Of a stretch of 64,000 bases of DNA, positions 52,371 through 62,198 are shown in pieces. This DNA is from a bacterium (GTDB taxonomy: Bacteria > Hinthialibacterota > Hinthialibacteria > Hinthialibacterales > Hinthialibacteraceae). The position numbers and the translations under genes were made by a program. The stretch is from contig CAXXSM010000105.1 in NCBI GenBank assembly GCA_963663405.2, forward strand, positions 32,001 to 96,000, read 5' to 3'. The notes beneath the pieces are model-generated. The model worked only from the letters and a program-made list of their open reading frames with translations, was not told the DNA's origin and did not search any database. Position 1 is the first letter of the stretch, and the number at the start of each line of letters is the position of its first letter.

Positions 52371-54146
52371 ATGCTTCGAGACTTGTACGATCTCAACAAA
52401 AAGGCGTTTCGTTTCCGCTATCCAAACACCGCGGACGGTTTGAATTTTCCCTCCCCCAACGAAGCGCTGCTCTTGGACTCTCATCCTGATATTTCCCATC
52501 CGAAGTCATTGATTCCTAAAGATTGGAAACAAACTAGTGGAATCAAATCGCGCGCCATCATCGCGCTGGACCTCCCGTGTCTGTTTTCTCTCTACGCTGA
52601 AATCGCTGGGGATTCGTCCATCGGACTGATCGTCATCGAACCGGATTGGAGAAATCTTGCCCTGGCGTTCTCAACAGAAGACTATCGGGAATTGATTCTA
52701 TCCCCCTATGTGTTTTGGATCGTGGGAGAAAATTGGAGCGATTCTCTTGCCAGTTTTATTACGAAACAAGGGATCTTTCATCTCACTCCCCAAGAGTTCC
52801 ACATCATTCCTTCACCCAGCGAATCATCACAAAAAAAAGATCAAATTGAACAAGCGCAATATGTTCTGTCGTCTTCAATTCGAGCGTCCCGGATCGCGTT
52901 TCAAAAAAAAGGCGATGCGCTCCGGCGCGCTGTTCCGGCATCCCTAAAAAACAACCGGCTCCGAATTTGGGCGCATATTGAATCCAAAGCGACCGTTTAC
53001 AAAGGATTGACACGCTCTTTCATGGACGCGCTGGCGCGGCGGGGATGCGAGATACATCTCTCGAATTACCAAGAAGAATGGCTCGCGCAGGGAAAAATCA
53101 CTTCTGAACTCGTTAATTTCTCTCCAGACGCGTTGTTTTTTCTCAATGGCCCTTCTCCACATATCCTGCGTTACTTAGGGGTGGACCGGTTTTTCCCCCA
53201 ATCCCTTCCCTGCCGGAGACTGACTTGGTATGTTGACAGTCCCCGCTATTTATCCCTCCCGGACGAAGCGCGGCGGGATTACAGTGTTGATGATATAGCC
53301 GTGGCGGACAGCGCGTTTCTCGATGAATTCGAATTGGACCGATGCCGGAGCGCCTTCCATCTGCCTCCAGCCGCCATGATCGATCGAAGAGGGAATTACG
53401 ATTCTTCATTGGATTTTCCAGCCGTCTATGTGGGGAGCATAATCGATATGCGTCCATACTTAGAAAAACTATCGGCTAGCGCTCGCGGCGTTCTCCTTGA
53501 ACTAGTCCGAGAGAAACGAAAACAACCAGCGATCGCAAATGATTTACTCATACAAAACGCGGGCCTATCTACAACCCAACTTGATGAATTGACACAATGC
53601 GCCCTGCGATATAACCAAGAACGCCTCCAAAAACGTTTCCCCAACGCCGATCGGACCTTAGAATATTTCATATATGTGGTCACGACATTTATCAGCCGCT
53701 GGGAAGCCGTTGAGGCGCTGTTGCCATTGGGATTGCACATTTTCGGCCCGGATGACTGGCTCCCTCTTCTAGGCGATCGATACCAGGACCGTCATCATGG
53801 AATTATGGAATGGGAACGCCTGCCCGATTGTTACGCGTCGGCCCGGATTAACCTGAACGCGCACAGCGCCCAGTGCCCCACAAGCTTCAATGTGCGCGAT
53901 TTCGACGTATTGCGGGCGGGTGGCTTTTTATTGACAGATTGGGTGGAAGATGTGGAAAAAGGCTATCTCGAAGAAGGCAAGGATTTCTGCATATACCGGA
54001 ACATCGAAGATCTTCAAAACAAGGTCATGCATTACACCAACCACGCTGATGAAAGAGAAGCGATCGCGGAACAGGGCTGCGAACAAGTCCGCCGCTACCA
54101 TACAGCAGACCAGCGCGCCGAAACGATTGTGAATGTGTTGCAATGA
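52371..54146 (+). CDS. CgeB/Glyco_trans_1_2-type glycosyltransferase with a Maf-like N-terminal region
   Basis: C-terminal YASARINLN...SFNVRDFD..RAGGFLLTD..ERE.IA..G...V...HT..QR; N-terminal IVIEPD. Confidence 0.8.
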   Translation: MLRDLYDLNKKAFRFRYPNTADGLNFPSPNEALLLDSHPDISHPKSLIPKDWKQTSGIKSRAIIALDLPCLFSLYAEIAGDSSIGLIVIEPDWRNLALAFSTEDYRELILSPYVFWIVGENWSDSLASFITKQGIFHLTPQEFHIIPSPSESSQKKDQIEQAQYVLSSSIRASRIAFQKKGDALRRAVPASLKNNRLRIWAHIESKATVYKGLTRSFMDALARRGCEIHLSNYQEEWLAQGKITSELVNFSPDALFFLNGPSPHILRYLGVDRFFPQSLPCRRLTWYVDSPRYLSLPDEARRDYSVDDIAVADSAFLDEFELDRCRSAFHLPPAAMIDRRGNYDSSLDFPAVYVGSIIDMRPYLEKLSASARGVLLELVREKRKQPAIANDLLIQNAGLSTTQLDELTQCALRYNQERLQKRFPNADRTLEYFIYVVTTFISRWEAVEALLPLGLHIFGPDDWLPLLGDRYQDRHHGIMEWERLPDCYASARINLNAHSAQCPTSFNVRDFDVLRAGGFLLTDWVEDVEKGYLEEGKDFCIYRNIEDLQNKVMHYTNHADEREAIAEQGCEQVRRYHTADQRAETIVNVLQ

Positions 54147-54241
54147 TAGGAGCAAACCAGGAAAACGAAGGGATTTAAGAAAACTCCATCAGAAAAGACA
54201 ACGTGTATTAATCAATGAATATGGTTATATATTATGGGCAA

Positions 54242-54706
54242 TCAATAATAAGTATTTTCTACAAAATCAATAGATTCAATGGATGGAGTTCTAAAAGTAA
54301 ATACAGTGTTACCGTTCTTATTGGTTATTACAAAATCACCTAAAGTAATAATATCCATTCCAATCAATACATCATCACCGCCAATATCTCCTTCACACAC
54401 ATGAACCCCATTGACTTCATAATTATTCGTCAAAATAAAATTAACAAAATATGTATTTGCCGCATGAAAACCGGCGACGGTTACCATTTCAGCAAAACCC
54501 GTCGGTTTTAAACGACATTCTTCGATTACTCTTTTTGAAATCACAGAATTTGTAGCTCCTGTATCCCAGATCGCAATAAATGACTTTTGGATAATATCCG
54601 TTGGTGGATTGTTTGGATTGAATGATTTGGATATTGTTATCTCCGATTTAATTTCTCGAGCAATACCTTCATATTTAATTGTAAACGGTTTTGGTTTTAT
54701 TGACAT
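54242..54706 (-). CDS. Retropepsin-like (clan AA) aspartyl protease
   Basis: AIWDTGATNSVIS catalytic motif and DVLIGMDII. Low GC. Confidence 0.88.
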   Translation of the reverse strand: MSIKPKPFTIKYEGIAREIKSEITISKSFNPNNPPTDIIQKSFIAIWDTGATNSVISKRVIEECRLKPTGFAEMVTVAGFHAANTYFVNFILTNNYEVNGVHVCEGDIGGDDVLIGMDIITLGDFVITNKNGNTVFTFRTPSIESIDFVENTYY

Positions 54707-54715
54707 TTGATTCGT

Positions 54716-54961
54716 TTATGTAAACGCTACCCTTGAATGAAATCTCCGTGTGTAACTATCACTCCCCGGCTCACATTTTTGGACGAGAAACGTGCCAAGT
54801 TCTTCCTTCTTCGAAGTTTCTTCGATCGCTTCCAAATCCGAATCAAAGACGCCTATCAATTCACAATTTTTAATAACGAGAATTTTGCCATTGTATTTTT
54901 CAACGAATGAATCTTGATTTTCAATATAATATTCAAATTCTTTTTCAAGTGGTTTGGACAT
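54716..54961 (-). CDS. Small DUF5678-like protein upstream of the aspartyl protease
   Basis: EF.YY.ENQ...V.KY.GK..VIK..E.IG.FDS..EA. RBS GGAGGTG before ATG 54961. Low GC. Confidence 0.7.
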   Translation of the reverse strand: MSKPLEKEFEYYIENQDSFVEKYNGKILVIKNCELIGVFDSDLEAIEETSKKEELGTFLVQKCEPGSDSYTRRFHSRVAFT

Positions 54962-55117
54962 CGTATCACCTCCACTCACATTGAAAACTCTTTCCTTTCC
55001 ATGCAGCTTCTTCCTATCTAAAAGCACCGTAATAATCGCTCTTACTAATAGTATAATAATAAATCGTTCACTGCAAGTAATTAATTTTCATAGATAAAAA
55101 TCATTCATGTTTGGACT

Positions 55118-56069
55118 ATGTGGAAAATCATGAAAACAGATTGGAATGGAATAACGCAGTCCCCTGATTCACCAACATTGTATACTGCCAACCGTGTGGC
55201 TCTTCAAGAACGATATCCAGAGTATACTGCCCAGTGGCCTTCTCCTCCGCAGGATATCGTTCGCGCGCCCCGCTCTGATGGATATTATTCGGCCCGGATT
55301 CAGACGCAAGATGGCGCTTATACGATCTCCGAATTGGAGGACGTGGCGTTGGACCAATTCGCTTTCCGCCGCGAAATCCGGCGCGCGATCGATCGGGGAA
55401 CGGATTTGATCTATCTGCTGGGTGTGGGATTGGGCTATCGGCTGCGCGCGGCGTGGGAGACGGTGGAATACGCTCAGCGGGGGCAATTGATTGTTCTCGA
55501 AGAGTCACTTTCGATCCTAGACGCCGCTTGCCAGTGCGCCGATCTACGGAAGGGTCATTCAATCCCCCCGCGTCGAGATCCTCGCAGCCAATCCATTGGA
55601 ACCAATTCTAGAGAAGCGAATTGTAGAGCAGGTTTGGTACGGCTGCGCGAAGTGCGCGTTCTTTTGGGGGTATCAAGTTTCCCAAAAGGCGTATCAACCC
55701 CACTACGAACGGATCGCCGATAAGATCAATGCCATCAGCGCGCATCACCACCGGGAATGTGCCGCCAACTGGAATGTATGGATTCGGCGGAAAGAGAACT
55801 GTAAAAATTTAATTAAACGAACCATCCTTGTGTATTCAGAAGATCGAACTGGAACAGACATAGAAGAAATAAAGAAATCGCGGGAGACTGTGGAATGGAT
55901 AACCATCAAAATTCCCGCAAAGGGCTATCGTTCACCGATGTACTTGATGGATCGGATCGTCAAAACCGATCCGGATGAAATCATCTGGGCTGGCGCGCCT
56001 GTGGGAACGTGGCTGCCTGTTGATTTGGTCTCAACAATCCCCATCCCAATCGGCGCGATCGAATCCTGA
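55118..56069 (+). CDS. Maf N-terminal-domain-like protein; +1 frameshift at 55552-55554
   Basis: LY.AN..AL..RYP, YLLGVGLGY, IVLEES. Removing one G joins DLRK-VIQSPRVEIL to the 55596 ORF, paralleling DLRQLTAAPRVEIV in the 39115 protein. Confidence 0.65.
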
Positions 56070-56963
56070 GAGTTCACCCAGGTTGAACTTATGCCGCAGC
56101 ACCTGCATGAATGAATGATCGGGCAATGAGATAATGGGAAGGGTTTTATCATATCGCCGGAAATAAACGCGGTCGGTGGACTGCATCGTAAAATGAATCT
56201 GCCCATCGAGAATCAAAACCAGTTCTTTCGTTCGCTCCTTGAAACAGACACACAAATCGCGTTTCCCATCAAAAACCAAGGGCCGGTTAAAAAGCGAATG
56301 AGGAGAAAGGGGTGTGACGATCAAAGCGGCGATATGCGGCTGCAGAATCGGGCCACCGGCGGAGAGAGAATGCCCTGTCGATCCGGTCGGCGTAGCCACG
56401 ATCAAACCATCCGCCCGGTAAGCCAGCGCCGGTTTTCCATTTTCCTCCAAAGTCAGATCGAGCAGCCTTCCTGGTCGGGAGAGAGAAATTAATCCCTCAT
56501 TCAATACGACAGTCCGAAAGACGGTTTGTTCACCATCCGGCGCAGGGCGCTTAACGATCGCTTCCAGCATATAACGTTCAATGACGCAGTGCCGATTCGC
56601 CAGAAACGCTTCTACAATGCTTTCCAGTTCACGCGCGTCACCCGCTGAAAGAAATCCAAAACCGCCTAAATTAATCCCCAACAAAGGAATTGGTGATTCC
56701 GCAATCGCGCGGGCCACACCGAGAATTGTTCCATCCCCACCAAGCGCAAGGATCAAATCACAGTCTTTCGCCAATGATTGAATACGCCGCTTGCAAATGT
56801 CTTCACTGTCTTCTGTGCGCCGGTGTTCGGAAATGATCGCCGGTATACCCGCGTGTTGAAAAATCGCGAGCGCTTGCCGCGCCGTTTCCAGCGTATTCGT
56901 TTTCGCCGGATTGTAGATTATTAACACTTTCTTGATCGATGGAGATTGGATCGGTTCACTCAT
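56031..56963 (-). CDS. nadK: NAD(+) kinase
   Basis: LGGDGTIL, GINLGG.GFL, LNE, DGLIVATPTGSTG.SLSAGGPI, LDGQ. Confidence 0.95.
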   Translation of the reverse strand: MSEPIQSPSIKKVLIIYNPAKTNTLETARQALAIFQHAGIPAIISEHRRTEDSEDICKRRIQSLAKDCDLILALGGDGTILGVARAIAESPIPLLGINLGGFGFLSAGDARELESIVEAFLANRHCVIERYMLEAIVKRPAPDGEQTVFRTVVLNEGLISLSRPGRLLDLTLEENGKPALAYRADGLIVATPTGSTGHSLSAGGPILQPHIAALIVTPLSPHSLFNRPLVFDGKRDLCVCFKERTKELVLILDGQIHFTMQSTDRVYFRRYDKTLPIISLPDHSFMQVLRHKFNLGELSGFDRADWDGDC

Positions 56964-57178
56964 CCGCCGTTCTTTCGTTGCTGGAACCTTCGTAAAACCA
57001 TGAGATAAATACGTATTGTAGTGTTCCTATCGAATAGTAAAGAGTGTACCGCAGAATAATGGACTCTCATAGAAGGCGCGGGGGAAAATGAATTTTCACG
57101 ATGGAATGATGATAATTTATACAAGGAACCTTCCGGAATACCGGCTCGGTTGAATATCAATTTGAAGTTGGGATACTG

Positions 57179-57985
57179 TTACTGTTTCAACATGGAATGG
57201 GCTTCGTCCACCACCGCTTCTATGGCTTCAGGTGTGATAGAAGGCTTACCACTTTCCCGTGTGATGTAGAACAGGAATTCGATGTTCCCCGATTTTCCTT
57301 GAATCGGGGATGGGACGATTCCTTCTACGGTCCAATTCGACTGTTGGAAAAAATCCACGAGACCGAGCAGCGTTTCGAGATGGTCGTTCCGGTTTCGGAC
57401 AATCCCCTTTTTCCCCACCCGTCCCTTACCGATTTCAAACTGTGGTTTGATTAAAAAGAGAGCGATTCCCTTTTCTTTGACGATCCGCATTACCGCCGGG
57501 AAGACGGTTTTGAGACTGATGAAGGAGAGATCGGCCGTCACCAGATCCACTGGTTCCCCCAAATCCTTACATTGCAAGTATCGGCAATTGGTGCGATCCA
57601 TGACCACGACACGAGGATCTTGCTGCAGGCGGTACGCCAGCTGCCCATAGCCGACATCAATGGCGTACACTTTCGCCGCGCCGGATTGCAGCAGGCAGTC
57701 GGTGAATCCACCTGTTGAGGCGCCAAGATCCGCGGCGGTCCAATGCGTCACATCGATAGAGAAGCGGCGCAACGCTTCTTCCAATTTTAAACCGCCCCGG
57801 CTGACAAACCGGCTTTCCGGTTGAATGACACGAATCGAGACGCTGGGTTTGACTTTCTGACCGGGTTTATCCACGACAATTTCATTGATTAGCACTTTTC
57901 CCGCCCGGATAAGCCGCTGGGCTTCCTCACGGTTTGCGGCTAGCTTTTGTTCGACAATTACGCGATCCAACCGGCCGGCGTCCAT
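57179..57985 (-). CDS. tlyA: TlyA family rRNA 2'-O-methyltransferase
   Basis: RLD S4 domain, FVSRGGLKL, DLGASTGGFTDCLLQ.GA, DLSFISL, LIKPQFE, SPI.G..GNIEF. Confidence 0.95.
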   Translation of the reverse strand: MDAGRLDRVIVEQKLAANREEAQRLIRAGKVLINEIVVDKPGQKVKPSVSIRVIQPESRFVSRGGLKLEEALRRFSIDVTHWTAADLGASTGGFTDCLLQSGAAKVYAIDVGYGQLAYRLQQDPRVVVMDRTNCRYLQCKDLGEPVDLVTADLSFISLKTVFPAVMRIVKEKGIALFLIKPQFEIGKGRVGKKGIVRNRNDHLETLLGLVDFFQQSNWTVEGIVPSPIQGKSGNIEFLFYITRESGKPSITPEAIEAVVDEAHSMLKQ

Positions 57986-58124
57986 GTTTGATTTCACAAA
58001 TTTCGTCCTTGTTTTTCTGCCATCCTGACCCAGCAATTCTCACATGATGAAATGCAGTATCGTATTAAGAAGTATTTATCAATTAATTTATTAACGCGGC
58101 GTCCATACACAATCCTATCCCCAC

Positions 58125-59077
58125 TCACACATCCCTTGATTGAAAGATAGGATACCCGCATGCGGCCGCGCGGGCGCCATCATACTGCCCTTTCGCCGAC
58201 GCCCACGCGAACCGGGGCGCGTTGATCATATCCCGCAGCCTTTGACCTGACCTTTGCCGGGTATGAGAGAGATAAGCCCAATCCTTGAATGTAGTGATAA
58301 AAAAGGAACGGAGTTTTTTTGGAATCGTGGGAACAGTCCGCACACCGAACAGCTCATACAACCGGTAATGATCGACAAACGTCCGCTTGTAAACATACTC
58401 CGCGGATCGTTGGTGAGAGTGTTCGACTCTCGCCTCCGGCTCATAAACAATCGATCCCCCATTGACCAAAACACGGTAGGCCCATTCTAAATCCTCTCCG
58501 AACGGCGCTTCGGGAAACGGGATTTTTTCCCACACATCCCGCCGGATGAGACTGGCGACGTTATCGAAAATACACTGAGAATAGCGTTCGAGAGGATGAG
58601 CGGCGAAGAACGAATTGGCGTTTTCTATCCGGATCACACGCCGCGTCAGGAGAGCCGCTCCACCAGTTCCGCAGATCGCGCTGGACCAAAGGGGACGCGC
58701 TGTTCCGTGGGATTTGACGCGCATACCCTCCCCAAGCCCCTTCCCGTTCAACCGAGTGGAGAAGAGTGGATAGATACGTATTGTGTAACGGGATGGCGTC
58801 TTGGGTAAACAAGGCGATCCATTGGCCTTGGGTCTCACTGACACCTAGGTTGCGAGTTCCTCCATGATTAAAAGTTGTGGGATCGATCTCCAGAATCCGG
58901 GCGCCATACGAACGAGGCCCGGTTCTGTGTGTCATCCGTTGAAATGGAATCCACAATCAGAATTTCGGTGGTTTCAAAATCCTGCTGTTTACGCAATGCG
59001 TGAAGTAAACGCGATAGATCGTTTCCCGCGTTCTTAGTTGGAATGACAATACTCAACAAACATGATGTATTATTCAT
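58125..59077 (-). CDS. GT2 glycosyltransferase (rhamnosyltransferase-like) with two +1 frameshifts
   Basis: Three consecutive frames give SIVIPT.N..IVDS.STD.T / FNHGGTRNLG..FTQDA.P..ARQIP / FDNVAS.IRR.VW...PF....GED..WA..HSH. Shifts near 58916 and 58649. Confidence 0.8.
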
Positions 59078-59793
59078 CGGCCAAATAGTAACCCCTTGCA
59101 TTTTTTTTAATGCTGGCTATATTTTCAATATAAGAACAGTATTCAGATCAAATCATAGTTGAACCATTCTTCATGCTGAGTAATTTCGTTTTTTATTTCT
59201 TATACCGTTAAATACAAAAACTGAGTCAAAGAATTGTCAATTTAAACGGCTTAATAACATGAATTGAATGACGGCATTGTACAAAAAGGAATTGAGTCTC
59301 TAAAAACAAATCGGTCAGGTAAAAATTCACAATAGTATTCAACCAAACAAAAAGAAAATAAATACTGTGTTCAATTTATCAAGAATAAAATCTGGATTTT
59401 CAGTGTGTCCCCAAAAAAAGACACCTTTCATTAAAAAGCAGTAAAGAAAGTCAATGACGCCAATTAAAATTGTTTCGTCTGTTATTATTGATATTATATC
59501 TCAATTTTCTTGTCTTGAATTGGATCATATTCCTTGTATTCTTAAAAAAACTGATTTATTATGGAATAAAAAGTTCCGATCATTGAATCGAACTAAGACA
59601 TTCAGATATACGTGCGATAGAAAGCGCCCCCGATTCTGATTCATATATAAAAAGAAAAATAGACACTATGCTTAAACCTTTGAAATTCATCATATAGGTA
59701 TTCTTTGCGGGAATAATCCATTCTCGCTTTACTATTGAATTGTCTAATTCAGAAATGCGCAGTGGCAAATAAAACATGATAAGGGGAACAACA

Positions 59794-61195
59794 ATGAAAG
59801 GTAAACCGAAAGAACAAAACCCTTTAAGCGGTGTATGCGTCGCCATACTGGCGCCGAAGGGTCGAATGGGAAAGAATCTCACAGACAGTCTCACCAAACT
59901 GGGATGTGAGGTGCAACAGGCGGAGTCGTTGATCGATCTACAAGAAGCCGTGGAAAAAAATCCCGCCCAAGCATTAATCGTGGAAACCAGTTTTTGTGAG
60001 GAATTGAGGTAAAAAACAGAAGGGGAAGAGCGATGAACTGAAAAATCTCGGGGAAGAATATATCATCCTCGCCGCCGAAGAAAAAACTTCGGACGCCACA
60101 AACTGGGCGCGGAAATTGAATGGCTATTTTCTCTCCACTCCTGTTGTCATCGAAGAACTCATTATTCTCCTTGAACGCGCGCTGGACGTTCATCTGTTAC
60201 GGAAACGGCTCTCACGGTATGAAGAACCTGAAGCGGGTCTGGAATGTTTTGGGCCCATTCATGTCAAATCCCCCGAAATGAGAGACGTCGTCCGTCTATC
60301 CCGGATCCTTGCCACACGGGATGAATGCATCCTCTTTGTGGGAGGAATTGGAACAGGAAAAGAACTGATCGCCCGCACTCTCCATGATAACAGTTCACGT
60401 AAGTATGGCCCATTTTACTCGATCAACTGCCGTTCGTTCTCCAATGAAGATCTCGCCATTGAACTCTTTGGAAAAGGGGAACCCGATTCAGCCGAAGCCT
60501 CCGAAGGAGAAAACCTTCTGGAAATGTGCAAAGGCGGCACATTAATGCTCGATGAAATCGGTGTGATCTCACCCAATATCCAAGGGAAACTCCAACGCTT
60601 TTTAGAAGACGGCTCTTATACACGAGTCAACACCCGCACGGTTTGCAAAGCGGATGTGCGAATCTTCGCGGCCACTAGCGTGTCACTGGATGAAGCCGTG
60701 GCCAAAGGTGAATTTTCCGAAGACCTCTATTTCCGATTAAACCGGTTTACACTCAATCTTCCTTCCCTGCGGCGCCGGACCGAAGATATTCCCATCATGA
60801 CAAAAGAAATCCTTGCGCGTATGACCAGCGATCAAGGAGGCGAGCCACTTAAAATCACCGAAGACGCGCTGAAACTCCTGCTCGAATATCATTGGCCGGG
60901 GAATGTTCGTGAATTGGAAAATGTGCTGGAATACGCCGCCCTCGTCGCGGATAAAGGCCCTATCCAGCCCAAGCACCTGCCCAAACAATTCCACGATGAG
61001 GTGGGAAGCATCTTCGTCGGTTCCTCCGTAGATGAATTACCACCCATCAGTGAAATCGAACGCCGCTATATCCTTCGCGTCATGGAAGCGACACGGAACA
61101 ATAAAGTGAAAGCCGCCGTCATCCTGGATATCAACCGGGCCACTCTCCATCGTAAACTGCAAATCTACGAGAAACAAAAAGTCGCGGAAATATAA
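59794..61195 (+). CDS. NtrC-like AAA+/Fis-HTH regulator with a degenerate receiver domain; +1 frameshift near 60009
   Basis: GTGKELIAR, GGTLMLDEIG, F.EDLYFRLN, WPGNVRELEN, N..KAA.IL.I.R.TL.RKL. The upstream 59776 ORF supplies a receiver-like N-terminus. Confidence 0.82.
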
Positions 61196-61340
61196 TCCAA
61201 ATCCTATACAAGAGACAATTCTTCTCTATATGAACCGTTAAGCTCATACCTTCAAGTATGGGCTTTTTCTTTCACCTAGGAAATAGTTCGCGTCATAGGC
61301 GAATCGATAATATAATAGACGTGACCTTCGGAGAAGACCG

Positions 61341-62036
61341 ATGGTAAACAATGAAATTGAAATAGTTCCTTCTGCAGAAATCTTGGAGAATTGGCAGGAA
61401 ATTACTAATATTCTAGCTGAATTGACAGGAATCCGCGCCGCGCTAATTATGCGGTTTTTAGATCCAACGATTGAAATTTTCGTTTCAAGCAAAGGCGAAG
61501 GCAATCCCTATAAACCAGGAGACAAGGAAACATTGTTCGATTCTGGCTTGTATTGTGAAACAGTTATCAAGACGCAAGAGAAACTCCTCGTCCCTGACGC
61601 CTTGGCCAGCGAAAAATGGAAAAACAATCCAGACATCAAGCTCAACATGGTTTCCTATTTGGGCTTTCCTATTCTCTTACCAGATAAAAAACCGTTTGGA
61701 ACTCTTTGCATATTGGATAACAAACCAAATCAGTACTCAAACACAATTGAAAATTTAATGTCAAAATTTCGTCACATGTTAGAATCACATCTCGAGATTC
61801 TTTATATAAATCAAATACTTGGAGACAAGAACAAACAACTTAACGACTATTTAATGGAAATCCAAACGCTGCGCGGCTTTGTACCTATATGCGCAAACTG
61901 CAAGGATATACGAGACGATCAGAATAATTGGCGTCCTCTAGAGTATTATTTTCGAAATCCAGACACGAAATTCACTCACAGTATTTGTCCAAAATGCTCA
62001 AAAAAGTTATACCCGAATATTGATATTAATACATGA
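61341..62036 (+). CDS. GAF domain protein with a C-terminal CxxC...HxxCxxC zinc-ribbon-like domain
   Basis: GLYCETV, VPDA....W..NPD....SYLGFPI..P...FGTLC.LD; PICANCK.IRD...W...HSICPKC. Confidence 0.85.
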   Translation: MVNNEIEIVPSAEILENWQEITNILAELTGIRAALIMRFLDPTIEIFVSSKGEGNPYKPGDKETLFDSGLYCETVIKTQEKLLVPDALASEKWKNNPDIKLNMVSYLGFPILLPDKKPFGTLCILDNKPNQYSNTIENLMSKFRHMLESHLEILYINQILGDKNKQLNDYLMEIQTLRGFVPICANCKDIRDDQNNWRPLEYYFRNPDTKFTHSICPKCSKKLYPNIDINT

Positions 62037-62198
62037 AATCTACATCGTCTCTCTTTGTAATGACAATCTCTATGAATCCTTTAATAGCGAGGGATTGATT
62101 TCAGTCAAGCCGACCAATACTATCACAAAGATACATCCTCGATTTTTCGCCAAACATAGTAAATCCCACTTTGGGTAAACAGAATAATAAAAGCAAGA

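Noticed and set aside
59580-59897. 105-aa minus-strand ORF in the AT-rich gap
   Set aside because: It has no motifs and overlaps the regulator's N-terminus on the opposite strand; probably spurious.
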